Positions 28,642-37,466 of a DNA stretch of 64,000 bases are shown piece by piece. The stretch spans positions 1 to 64,000 of the IMG/VR virus record IMGVR_UViG_3300017991_002758; one strand, written 5' to 3'. The notes below the pieces were generated by a model. That model had not been told where the DNA came from and searched no databases. It saw nothing but the letters and a program-made list of their open reading frames with translations. The DNA comes from a virus. The first letter of the stretch is position 1. Each line of letters begins with the position of its first letter. A program made the translations under genes and the position numbers.

Positions 28642-29004
28642 ATGTCACTTGGAACAATCACGATAGACAAGGTTCGTGAGACCGTCGACGGAGGTCAGGA
28701 GATCCTGATGCACTTCGAGGGCGAGGACAGCTACCCCACCGGCGGGACCGCGGATTTCAACTCGCTCGTGCGCGCCGCGATCAAGGCCAAGCACGCAGCG
28801 GCCTCGGACGCCAACGTCCGCGGCGAAGAGGACGTGTCAGTCGTGCACGTTATCCCGCAGGATTGCGGGCAGTACGTGCCGCAGTACGACTACGCCAACG
28901 ACAAACTGAAAGTACGCGACGGAGGGAGCGCGACGTGGGCGGAGGTGGCGAACACCACCGACATTCACACCACGGTCTTCAACCTCGTCGCTGTTTGCGT
29001 CTAA
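28642..29004 (+). CDS. putative capsid-associated protein
   Basis: AAGGAG RBS; DSYPTGG...EVANTTD pattern of small head proteins. Confidence 0.55.
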   Translation: MSLGTITIDKVRETVDGGQEILMHFEGEDSYPTGGTADFNSLVRAAIKAKHAAASDANVRGEEDVSVVHVIPQDCGQYVPQYDYANDKLKVRDGGSATWAEVANTTDIHTTVFNLVAVCV

Positions 29005-29041
29005 GACGGACGCAGCGTAGGGATTAGGAAATGACAGGGAA

Positions 29042-29067
29042 GCGGTCGCCTCTGATGAGGCGGCCGC
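29042..29067 (+). other. GC-rich intergenic hairpin
   Basis: GCGGTCGCCTC-TGAT-GAGGCGGCCGC, 11-bp stem, no U-tract. Confidence 0.55.
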
Positions 29068-29094
29068 GGAACTGCCCGAAGTAGGAGGAATACG

Positions 29095-29739
29095 ATGTCA
29101 ATCACCGCAGTGAGACTCAGGGAGCGCGACAAGCGCAAAGGCTATTTGATGAAGACGTACTTTTCGGCCAACAGCCGATCAAAGTACACAGCAGGAGAAG
29201 GTGCCAATCCATCGCCATTCCGGGTGGTAAATAGCCCGGCGGAGATCGAAGAGCTAAGAGGGTTTCCCCAGTTTGAAATACTGGAATTCAACGACCTGAA
29301 AGAGCTTGAGGAATTCACGCAACAGGAGATGGAAGAGCGAGCGCGCATGGGATTGTCTGCTGTCAGGGCAGCAATTCTGGCTGGCGCCGGCGCATCGGTG
29401 AAGCCCAAGGTGATAACGCCGAGGAAATCTGCCAATGACCGGCTTCCGCCAGCGGCGACCGCAATACCTTCCGACCCCAGTGCGACCAATGTGGGACGCA
29501 GACCGCAGCCCAAGGTCATCAAGGATCGCGAAGAGGAACGCCGGCCGTTGCCAACGCAACCGATCAAGAAGGTAGAGCCGCAACCCAAAACGGAACCGGC
29601 GAAACCAAAACCAACGCCAAACCTCGAGGGCAAGACGAAGAAGCAGCTCTTGGCGATGGCGAATAAAATGGGATTGGATGTAACGCCTCAAATGAAAAAG
29701 GCGGACATCGAGGCAGCAATACTCAAACGCTCTCTCTGA
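29095..29739 (+). CDS. protein with C-terminal Rho-N/HeH-like domain
   Basis: LEGKTKKQLLAMANKMGL...MKKADIEAAIL. Confidence 0.7.
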   Translation: MSITAVRLRERDKRKGYLMKTYFSANSRSKYTAGEGANPSPFRVVNSPAEIEELRGFPQFEILEFNDLKELEEFTQQEMEERARMGLSAVRAAILAGAGASVKPKVITPRKSANDRLPPAATAIPSDPSATNVGRRPQPKVIKDREEERRPLPTQPIKKVEPQPKTEPAKPKPTPNLEGKTKKQLLAMANKMGLDVTPQMKKADIEAAILKRSL

Positions 29740-29764
29740 CGAGAACGCCGTCAAGGAGGGCAAA

Positions 29765-30037
29765 ATGGGTAGTAATCCAGAACCGCGGCATGCGGTCCAT
29801 AGAGACACTGGCGACTTGGCTCTTGCAGCCTTCGCCCATATGAAGGGATTTAGGATTGTCAAAGCAGAGGAATTCAAGCGCGGAAGGGTTACGGAATACC
29901 GTTTCACGATTCATGACCCGGAAAGCATTTGGGATCAGCTCTGCATTGACTTTGCCAATAGTGAAGCAGCGCAGCACGACTCGTCCGTTAGGACACTGAA
30001 ACGACTGTGCAAGAGAGCGGCACGAAACGGATCTTGA
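29765..30037 (+). CDS. DUF5659-like small protein
   Basis: T.DLALAAF...GF..V...Y.F...F.NS. Confidence 0.55.
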   Translation: MGSNPEPRHAVHRDTGDLALAAFAHMKGFRIVKAEEFKRGRVTEYRFTIHDPESIWDQLCIDFANSEAAQHDSSVRTLKRLCKRAARNGS

Positions 30038-30058
30038 TGCCGCCGGGAGTGAGAGCCA

Positions 30059-31099
30059 ATGGCAATAGCCAATCTCAGTTGGAGCCTGGACGCATCGGCG
30101 CTTGATGCGCTCATCACTGCCGGTTTCGATCTATGGAAAGTGCAGCGCGAGGACGCCGGCCCGACATGGAATGAGATCTCTTTTTCAACTACACGGCCAC
30201 CAATCGTCGCCGATGTACTGAGCAACGTCTACTCAGATCCCAATGCACCAGTCGATGCCAACGGAAATCCCAACGCTAATTACAGGGCAGTGCCATTGCG
30301 CTCGTCTGACCTGGCGGAAAACAGTCCGATCAGTGTAAGTGCCGTGCGTCGTGGATACATCACGCCGCAAGATATTTGGGACGAGGGATATGCGAACCCA
30401 CCGTGGACGCCGGCGAAGGTTTGGCGTGGCATTGACCGTGTTACCGCTACAATAGATCAACTTTGCGGCCAGTGGTTTGAACCCAGATATTCGCAGTTCG
30501 CATACGATGGAATTGGGCACGACCAGCAATGGTTGGACCAACCAATCTGCGCGCTATTTCAACTCATCCAGGACGACACCATTGTCGATCTCTCGGATCT
30601 CGAGGTTTACAACCGGCATTTGACCCGCGGCCAAACGAGCCCTGACGACCGACAGAACCCGAAGGTCACCTATTCGCTGGACTTCCCTGTTGGCTACCGC
30701 GGACGGCGCCAACGCCTCGTCGCTGACGCTGCCTTGTTTGGTCAACGGCGAAAGAACGTGGTGATGAAAGGTGTGTTTGGGTACACGGAGCTCGGGCCGG
30801 GCAACATCGCGGCGGAAACCGCGGAAGGTAGCCAGATACCTGTCAGCTACGGCCAAACGCCGGCGGAAATAAAACGAGCGGCGCTATTGCTCGCGCTGAC
30901 GTACATGCTTCCCGCGGCGAACCAGCAAGAGGCCTCATTGGAATCGAGGATAACGCAGATCAAGACCAGGGATCAGTCCATCAGCTTTTCAGATCCGTCC
31001 AGTACCGATGGAAGCTTTGGGCTCACTGGCAATGTTGAGGTCGATAACATTCTTTCCCGATATACCGGGCCGATTCGCATGGGGGTAATTGGTCAATGA
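30059..31099 (+). CDS. head-tail adaptor/connector
   Basis: YITPQDI...ID.LCGQWF...NV...G.FGY...P.EIKRAA...DNIL.RY. Confidence 0.75.
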   Translation: MAIANLSWSLDASALDALITAGFDLWKVQREDAGPTWNEISFSTTRPPIVADVLSNVYSDPNAPVDANGNPNANYRAVPLRSSDLAENSPISVSAVRRGYITPQDIWDEGYANPPWTPAKVWRGIDRVTATIDQLCGQWFEPRYSQFAYDGIGHDQQWLDQPICALFQLIQDDTIVDLSDLEVYNRHLTRGQTSPDDRQNPKVTYSLDFPVGYRGRRQRLVADAALFGQRRKNVVMKGVFGYTELGPGNIAAETAEGSQIPVSYGQTPAEIKRAALLLALTYMLPAANQQEASLESRITQIKTRDQSISFSDPSSTDGSFGLTGNVEVDNILSRYTGPIRMGVIGQ

Positions 31100-31614
31100 G
31101 CATCGCGACCAGAGGTAGGCTCATCAATAAATTCGTCGCCGTCATTTACCGGCTCGACACCGTGGCATCCGCGGCCGTCGTTGGCGGAGGTTATGACGAT
31201 GAATTCGATGAGCTGATCCCTACTGATGACGGTACTCAGACCGGAGCTTCCTCAAGGAGGGAGATGGCGGCGCTCAGGCTTCCTGTTCAGCTCGACCGCA
31301 AGACATGGGGAGGCTACGATGCGCGGCGTGGAGGCAAGGAGATAGAAGCCGACATCATTCTCACATTCCATTGGCCCGATCTGGAAAATGGAGGTTTAAT
31401 TGACGCCGGCGGAGAGCCAGTACTCAAGGCCGGCGACCGCATCGATAAAATAGAAACAGTTGCCGGCGTCGTTGAATCAACATTCGACAATCCGCCGGGA
31501 ATGTTCATCAGGGATCTCGAGCGCGCTGGCCACGGACAGGCTCCATTTGGTACTCCGCGCACTAACCTTCTCTATTGCTATTGCCAGTACGGAGAAGTAG
31601 CGAGGGCCGGATGA
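31096..31614 (+). CDS. head closure/neck protein
   Basis: Position after the adaptor; beta-rich, GDRI. Confidence 0.55.
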   Translation: MSIATRGRLINKFVAVIYRLDTVASAAVVGGGYDDEFDELIPTDDGTQTGASSRREMAALRLPVQLDRKTWGGYDARRGGKEIEADIILTFHWPDLENGGLIDAGGEPVLKAGDRIDKIETVAGVVESTFDNPPGMFIRDLERAGHGQAPFGTPRTNLLYCYCQYGEVARAG

Positions 31615-32171
31615 TACGCATAACGGCAAAAACAACCGGCTTGGGACGCATTGCTGTCGCGCTCAATAGGTGGGGTAGCATGACGGAAAAAGCCGTTGAC
31701 CAGGCTGTGCTTCGCAGTGGGCAATATCTGCGAAAGCAATGGATAATGGGCATCAGATCCCAAGCTCCAGGCGGAAGGAAATTCAAACCGCTGGCTCAGT
31801 CAACAATCGATGCCAAGGGCAGCAGTAAAGCTCTGATCGATCAGGGCGATATGATACGCAGCATCAATGTCCAGAAGGTACAAGTAGGCGGCAAGGGCAT
31901 TGTGGTATTTGTCGGCATTCACAGGACGGTAGTTTCCCGGGATGGCAAGAGCATGGCGAACTTGGCGGAGATACACGAAACCGGATCTCTCAAAGTGAAG
32001 AACCGGCCGCCGGCGCGACCACACATGGCGCCATCGTGGAGGGTCTGGAAGCAGCACGCCAGTAAGCAATTCGCGGCCGACGTTGCCAGAAAGCTCGGCC
32101 TGCAAAGCGGAATATCGACAGCCATCATTGGCGGAGTCGGTGGTCTGAAGTCAACGGGAGGATCGAACTAA
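31611..32171 (+). CDS. neck/virion morphogenesis protein (Mu gpG / HK97 gp10-like)
   Basis: PLAQSTI..KGSSKALIDQG.M..SI...A.IHE.G...PARP. Confidence 0.8.
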   Translation: MIRITAKTTGLGRIAVALNRWGSMTEKAVDQAVLRSGQYLRKQWIMGIRSQAPGGRKFKPLAQSTIDAKGSSKALIDQGDMIRSINVQKVQVGGKGIVVFVGIHRTVVSRDGKSMANLAEIHETGSLKVKNRPPARPHMAPSWRVWKQHASKQFAADVARKLGLQSGISTAIIGGVGGLKSTGGSN

Positions 32172-33139
32172 TGGCCGTTCCTACCGTTACCAGCGTTGAG
32201 CCCAATAGCGGAAGCACACGAGGGCGCAATGTAGTCAGGATCATAGGTTCCAATTTCAGGCCGCCCAATCCGGTTCCGGCCATTGGCTATGTTGGTAGCG
32301 CACAGCAGAAAACCGTTTCAGTAAAGTTTGAAGGCGTTGAATCCGAGTGGGCATACTACGCTTCCGACGGCTTGATACTGGCCAGGGTTCCGGCCTGGAC
32401 GGGATCTTACAAGGTCACTTTCCCATATGCGCTGGATGTCAGGGTCGCAAACCTTGATGATTCGGAAGTTGAAATACCGGGCGAGAGCGCGACGCTCGCC
32501 GACGGTTATTCCATCAACCGGCCGAGCCTCCAAGAGGAGAGCTATTTGCAGCGCGTAATTCGGGAGCTCATAAATATATATCGCATTCATGTGCTCGAGA
32601 ATACGCATCACACAACGTCGCGCGATTTCTCGGGAGATCCTTCGAGCACGGAAACGCTCAAGGCCTCAACACCATTGGTTCAGCTCGTTGGTCCGCGCAT
32701 GCCATTGAACAGGTTCGATTCAATAAATTATGAGGAGCCCGAGGAAGATCCTCTGGGTGGCGCCGATGGCATGATGCGGCGCATGAAACCAGTGACCTGC
32801 GACCTTCTGTTTGAGATAAGAGCGTTCGCGCTTTTAGATCGGCATTTGACAGGCCTCGTGCAGGCGATATTACTAATGCATAGGGATGTTTTGTTCGTGA
32901 AGGTTCTGGTCGATCCCAATGACCCATCGAAGGGCACAAAGGATTACAATCTGGACCTGGTATGGGACGGATATCCAGAGTTGGAAACTGAGCCGAATAT
33001 TAGCGATCTGCTGTCCGCAAGCATGACGTGCAAGATTCGGGGAGTGCATATTGACGAAGAGTCTGGTACCATAGTTGAAAGGGGTTGGAGGATAACGCAA
33101 AATGATGGCGACCCAGTCCTCGAATCCCAAGGATCATGA
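32171..33139 (+). CDS. IPT/TIG-domain tail completion protein
   Basis: PTVTSVEPNSGSTRG...V.I.GSNF; precedes the sheath gene. Confidence 0.65.
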   Translation: MAVPTVTSVEPNSGSTRGRNVVRIIGSNFRPPNPVPAIGYVGSAQQKTVSVKFEGVESEWAYYASDGLILARVPAWTGSYKVTFPYALDVRVANLDDSEVEIPGESATLADGYSINRPSLQEESYLQRVIRELINIYRIHVLENTHHTTSRDFSGDPSSTETLKASTPLVQLVGPRMPLNRFDSINYEEPEEDPLGGADGMMRRMKPVTCDLLFEIRAFALLDRHLTGLVQAILLMHRDVLFVKVLVDPNDPSKGTKDYNLDLVWDGYPELETEPNISDLLSASMTCKIRGVHIDEESGTIVERGWRITQNDGDPVLESQGS

Positions 33140-33152
33140 ATCGGAGGTATCC

Positions 33153-33548
33153 ATGGAAGGCATGATCAAAATTGAGAATTTGACCGGCAGGCATCTCCAG
33201 TATCGCATTGACCACCAGAAGGTCTGCGTGAAAATCGGCAGATGCCTTTGCCGCCAGGGACGAAGAAGCGTCGAGGCAATGAACGTACACGTTCCAGGAT
33301 CAGGCATGAGCGCGCCGCTGCCACCGGCAGTGGTATTGTGCCCGGAGATCAAGCGGGACGCCGACGGCAACAGGCCGAAGATAAAGATTCACGGCGCAGA
33401 AAAGAAGGAACAGGCTGAGGCCAAAGCGCCAGAAGACCCAGGCTCGGGCAAGGGAACAGGCGCAGGCACAAAGGACGGGGATACCGGAGGCTCAAAAAGC
33501 GAAACGGGACGGAAGGGGCAGACGAAAAAAAGTAAGGAGACCACCTAA
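33153..33548 (+). CDS. hypothetical protein
   Basis: GGAGGT RBS; H..VC...G.C.C. Confidence 0.6.
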   Translation: MEGMIKIENLTGRHLQYRIDHQKVCVKIGRCLCRQGRRSVEAMNVHVPGSGMSAPLPPAVVLCPEIKRDADGNRPKIKIHGAEKKEQAEAKAPEDPGSGKGTGAGTKDGDTGGSKSETGRKGQTKKSKETT

Positions 33549-33581
33549 CTAACAACCCCACCTCGCAAGTGACGAGGTGAA

Positions 33582-35858
33582 ATGGAGGAGACGATGGCAG
33601 CAGAATTACTCGCCTCGAAAGTGGTCATCCTCGAGGAGGAACCTTCCATCCCGACCATCGCTGCGCTTCCCAGCGCAGTAACCCTGTGCCTCGGGATAAC
33701 CGAGTTTGGGCCCATCGCGGACCCCCAGCTCACCACTTCCTTCGAGGAGTACCAACGCATCTTTGGTAGCTTCACATTGGATTCCGACGTCTGCGTAGCA
33801 GCGTACGGATTCTTCAGGCAGGGAGGCACATTCATGTGGGTGTCGCGTACCTGTCACTTCACAGACCTTACCGACCCGGCGACGGCTACCGCGGCAAAGG
33901 CCAGTGTGATGCTACAGAACAGCGGTTCGCTCGCAACGCCGGCCGTGGTTGGCCCAGGAACGGACGTTGGTCCGTTCGTTATGACCAACGGCATGCACAT
34001 TGACATCGACATTGGCTCAGGGCCGGTCGTTGTGACCTTCAACGGCACCATCGCGAGCAAGCCCAACGCCGCAACCGAGCCGTTTGCTCTAAGTGGCGGC
34101 GAAACTCTGATCGTGGTCATCAACGGCACCACGTACACCGTCACATTTCAACCTACCGACTTCGCAACGCCTGGCGCTGCGACGGCCTTGGAAGTGGCGA
34201 ACAGGATCAACAACGACATCGCGCAAGGCAAGTGCGTCACGACCGGCGCCTCACCCTTCGGCCTGGCCATCCAGAGTGATGGAGCCGGAACAGGCTTCAG
34301 CGTGGATGTCACCGGCGGTACCGCGCTGGCGATCTTGGGCTTCACCCCGACACCAGTACCCGGCGGCGGAAACGTGGCGAACATCGCGGCCGTGACTGGG
34401 CTCGAAGTGGAAGCCCTGGTTGAGGCAGCGGTGGGCCTCGTCGGAAACGTCGATCTCATCGTGAACGGAACCGGTACGCTAACCATCGAAACCATCGCCA
34501 CTGGCGCCAGCGCAGAGATCCAAGTGGAGAGCTCCAGCACCGTCGACTTCGGCCTGGACAACACTCTGCACCATGGATCGGATGCCGCGGCGCAGAACAC
34601 TTTACTCATCGAGGGCAAGTGGGCCGGCGACTACGCGAACGACATTAAGATAAACATCGCGCTCGCCACCGACGGCCAGGCGGAGCACTTCAACTTGCAG
34701 GTCGTTCTCTCAGGTGTCGTAAAGGAAACCTGGCCGAACCTGTCCATGGACGACACGGAAACCACGGCCTACGTTGAAACCGTGCTCAACGACGCGAACC
34801 TCGGCTCCAAGCTCGTCGCGGCCACTGATCAAGGCCTCACGCCGGTAGGGATCAAGCGGCCGGCAGACGGCCTCTCCGCAAACATGACGGGAGGTGATGA
34901 CGGGCTCTCGGGACTCACCGACGCCGACTATGTCGGAAACGTCGCTGGCCCAACGGGACTGTACACTTTCGACCGCGTGCAGACCGGGCGAATCCTCATC
35001 ATCCCGGGCCTGTATACGGAGACGGTGCACAAGGCCATGCTGGACTACGCGGAAGTTGACCGCAACGGATCGATGTTCTGCTTCTTGGATTGCCCACCGC
35101 AGAACACCAAGACGATGGTGGTGACCTACGTTACCAGCGCCGGCTTGCTCGAGTACAGCGAGTACGGTGCAATCCACTGGCCGTGGATAACCGTTGGGAA
35201 CCCGGCGCCGTCCGTGTACGGAACCGACAATAACATCACCGTGCCACCGTCTGGCTGGATTGCCGGCAAATGCGCGGCGAACGATCAGCGACTCGGCGGA
35301 GTGTACGAAGCGCCGGCCGGTTACGGCGATGGCTGGGGAGTCATTCGCGGCATGACCGGCGTTGAAGCCGATCCGCAAGGCATGTCCGAGCACGAATGTC
35401 TCGACGAAAAAGCTCGGGACTACGTGTATCCATATCGCATCAACCCGATGAACCGCACGCCGGGAGGCCTGTGGTACGTCGACGGCAACAGGACATTGAA
35501 GTCCACCGGCAACTTCCCCTCCATTGGCGAGCGGCGCGGAGTTATCTTCATTGCCACCTCGCTCAAGGAAGGGCTAGCAATCTTCAAACACCGATTCAAC
35601 AATCGGACTAACCGCCAACGGGCAGGCAGGGGAGTGACCCAGTTCCTCATCAATGAGATGGGCAAGGGAGCGTTTCGCTCAACGAATCCCGCGGACGCAT
35701 TTTTCGTCGACGCGTCCGACGCGCTCAATCCCGTGGCCAACGAATTCGCGGGCATCATGACCATTCGCATAGGCTTGGCGACGAACAAGCCAACAGACTG
35801 GATCATCCTGCTCATAACTCAGGATACCAGGGCGCTCGAGGAAAGCCTCGCGGCCTAA
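33582..35858 (+). CDS. tail sheath protein with inserted domains
   Basis: G.TEFGP...TSFEEY...FG; WPW; PPSG.IAG..A.ND; APAG; INP; GNRTL; RR. Confidence 0.93.
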   Translation: MEETMAAELLASKVVILEEEPSIPTIAALPSAVTLCLGITEFGPIADPQLTTSFEEYQRIFGSFTLDSDVCVAAYGFFRQGGTFMWVSRTCHFTDLTDPATATAAKASVMLQNSGSLATPAVVGPGTDVGPFVMTNGMHIDIDIGSGPVVVTFNGTIASKPNAATEPFALSGGETLIVVINGTTYTVTFQPTDFATPGAATALEVANRINNDIAQGKCVTTGASPFGLAIQSDGAGTGFSVDVTGGTALAILGFTPTPVPGGGNVANIAAVTGLEVEALVEAAVGLVGNVDLIVNGTGTLTIETIATGASAEIQVESSSTVDFGLDNTLHHGSDAAAQNTLLIEGKWAGDYANDIKINIALATDGQAEHFNLQVVLSGVVKETWPNLSMDDTETTAYVETVLNDANLGSKLVAATDQGLTPVGIKRPADGLSANMTGGDDGLSGLTDADYVGNVAGPTGLYTFDRVQTGRILIIPGLYTETVHKAMLDYAEVDRNGSMFCFLDCPPQNTKTMVVTYVTSAGLLEYSEYGAIHWPWITVGNPAPSVYGTDNNITVPPSGWIAGKCAANDQRLGGVYEAPAGYGDGWGVIRGMTGVEADPQGMSEHECLDEKARDYVYPYRINPMNRTPGGLWYVDGNRTLKSTGNFPSIGERRGVIFIATSLKEGLAIFKHRFNNRTNRQRAGRGVTQFLINEMGKGAFRSTNPADAFFVDASDALNPVANEFAGIMTIRIGLATNKPTDWIILLITQDTRALEESLAA

Positions 35859-35870
35859 TAGGAGGAGACC

Positions 35871-36326
35871 ATGGGAACACCGACCAATTGGGATAAAAAG
35901 TTCTCCTTCGTAGTGGAGATTGACGGTGTGGCGCGTGCAGCTTTCGCTCGTTGCAGCGAGATTGCCGGCGAAGCCGCAAACGTCGCCTACAAAGAAGGCG
36001 GACGGCTGCACCCGCACAATGCGCCCGGAACCGTCACCTTCCCCGAGGTCACACTCGAAAGGGGAGCGACGGACGACTACGACATGTACAACTGGTTCCG
36101 CGACACATACGATGCCGCGGCCGGGACGGGTATGGTGCCACCGGATCTGTTCAGAACGCTGGACGTAGTTCAACGCGACAGGGCCGGCGAGGAGCTGAAG
36201 CGATTCAGGCTGTACAAATGCTACTGCCGCAGATGGTCGGGAGGCGATTGGGATAACGACGCTGACGAGGTCAGGATCGAAACTTCCATCATCGTCTACG
36301 ATTATTTCGAGCAGCTGCCAGTTTAG
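35871..36326 (+). CDS. tail tube protein (T4 gp19-like)
   Basis: F.VEIDG...F..CS....YKEGG...PG.VTF..VTLERG. Confidence 0.92.
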   Translation: MGTPTNWDKKFSFVVEIDGVARAAFARCSEIAGEAANVAYKEGGRLHPHNAPGTVTFPEVTLERGATDDYDMYNWFRDTYDAAAGTGMVPPDLFRTLDVVQRDRAGEELKRFRLYKCYCRRWSGGDWDNDADEVRIETSIIVYDYFEQLPV

Positions 36327-36448
36327 AAGAAGTAATGGCCGTGCTGGTGCGGCCGTGGGAATAGGCAACGCCGAGGACGGAGCGCATCGCGCTCCTACTC
36401 GGCCGGTCCCCAAAATTGGGACAGAAAAGGAAAGGCAAGGAGGGGTAT

Positions 36449-37279
36449 ATGCATACCGAGACCGTGAAATTGCCCTCTAGGGCAGTGATTACAATCCGCA
36501 AAATGTCTCTAAACGATCAGAGCAACCTGGCTTCAGTGATGCGTTCGCAACGCGCCAAGCAAGACCAGGTGCTAGTCGACATGGTAGCCAGATGCGCTTT
36601 GGGATTCGAGGATACCGGGCCTTACCCGTGGGCCGAAGAAAGCAACAAGATCATTTGGAAGGACATGCTGCAAGGCGACTTTCTCGCGGCGCTGATCGCG
36701 CTGAGAAAATTCTCCTACCGAGAGGGCAAGGAGTACGAGGTTGACCTGAAATGCCCGGACAGAAGTTGCAATAACAGGTTCCAATGGAAGGTGGATCTCG
36801 ATGATGATCTGTACTACCAGGAACTGCCCGAAGAGTCGTTCGAGAAAATAAAGAACGGCGAGCCATTTATCACGGAGGTAGATGGCAAAAAGGTCACGTT
36901 CGATCTCTCGTATGTTCGGGACAATGACATGATGGAAAAACTGGCGAAGCGATTCCCGGGCCGTGACATGGCCATCATGTTCAGATCTCGGATCAAGAGT
37001 GTCGAAACAGTTGATCCCAAGGACTTGATGAATTGGCTCGACGGAGAGGGCAAAGGCCCATACGAGGGATTGCTCGCCGACGATGCCGAGGATATGAGAG
37101 CGACGTTTCAGAAGGTCGATTGCGGAATAGATACGGAGGTCGAAGCCGAATGCCCACGGTTTAGCTGTGGCAACGTCTTCACATTTGACCTCCCTTTTGC
37201 CGGCATGCTGACCCCTGGCCGCGGAGCAATGAGGAAGAAGAAGCTCCGTCGCGATGGAGCGGATTCCTCGGAGGATTAA
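36449..37279 (+). CDS. tail assembly chaperone (T4 gp26-like Zn ribbons)
   Basis: AGGAGG RBS; GD..A.LI.LR..SY...Y.V.L.CP..C and G.DT.V...CP..CG...DLPF; between tube and tape measure. Confidence 0.75.
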   Translation: MHTETVKLPSRAVITIRKMSLNDQSNLASVMRSQRAKQDQVLVDMVARCALGFEDTGPYPWAEESNKIIWKDMLQGDFLAALIALRKFSYREGKEYEVDLKCPDRSCNNRFQWKVDLDDDLYYQELPEESFEKIKNGEPFITEVDGKKVTFDLSYVRDNDMMEKLAKRFPGRDMAIMFRSRIKSVETVDPKDLMNWLDGEGKGPYEGLLADDAEDMRATFQKVDCGIDTEVEAECPRFSCGNVFTFDLPFAGMLTPGRGAMRKKKLRRDGADSSED

Positions 37280-37464
37280 CCTCTGAGGAAGTCAGGAAGA
37301 TCCGATTCGAGCTATCCTGGCTGCCGCTCTTTGGTTCGGGCCTCCATATGGGCTGGGAGGAAACGCTGGGCCTGGAAATGGAGGAAGTTGCTGACTTGCT
37401 AGAGTGGTCGGCAGAAGAGAGAGAGCGGGAATTCAGGGCTGCTTTTAAGCCCAAGAGAGGATAG
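37192..37464 (+). CDS. -1 frameshift extension of the tail chaperone (gpGT-like)
   Basis: Slippery C-CCT-TTT at 37192-37198; -1 frame open to TAG 37462-37464, encoding ...LHMGWEETLGLEMEEVADLLEW... Confidence 0.72.
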   Translation, partial: PFCRHADPWPRSNEEEEAPSRWSGFLGGLTSEEVRKIRFELSWLPLFGSGLHMGWEETLGLEMEEVADLLEWSAEEREREFRAAFKPKRG

Positions 37465-37466
37465 CG

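Noticed and set aside
29051-29085. Hammerhead ribozyme (CTGATGA core)
   Set aside because: CTGATGA lies in the loop and stem of a simple hairpin; no properly placed GAAA core or three-stem junction
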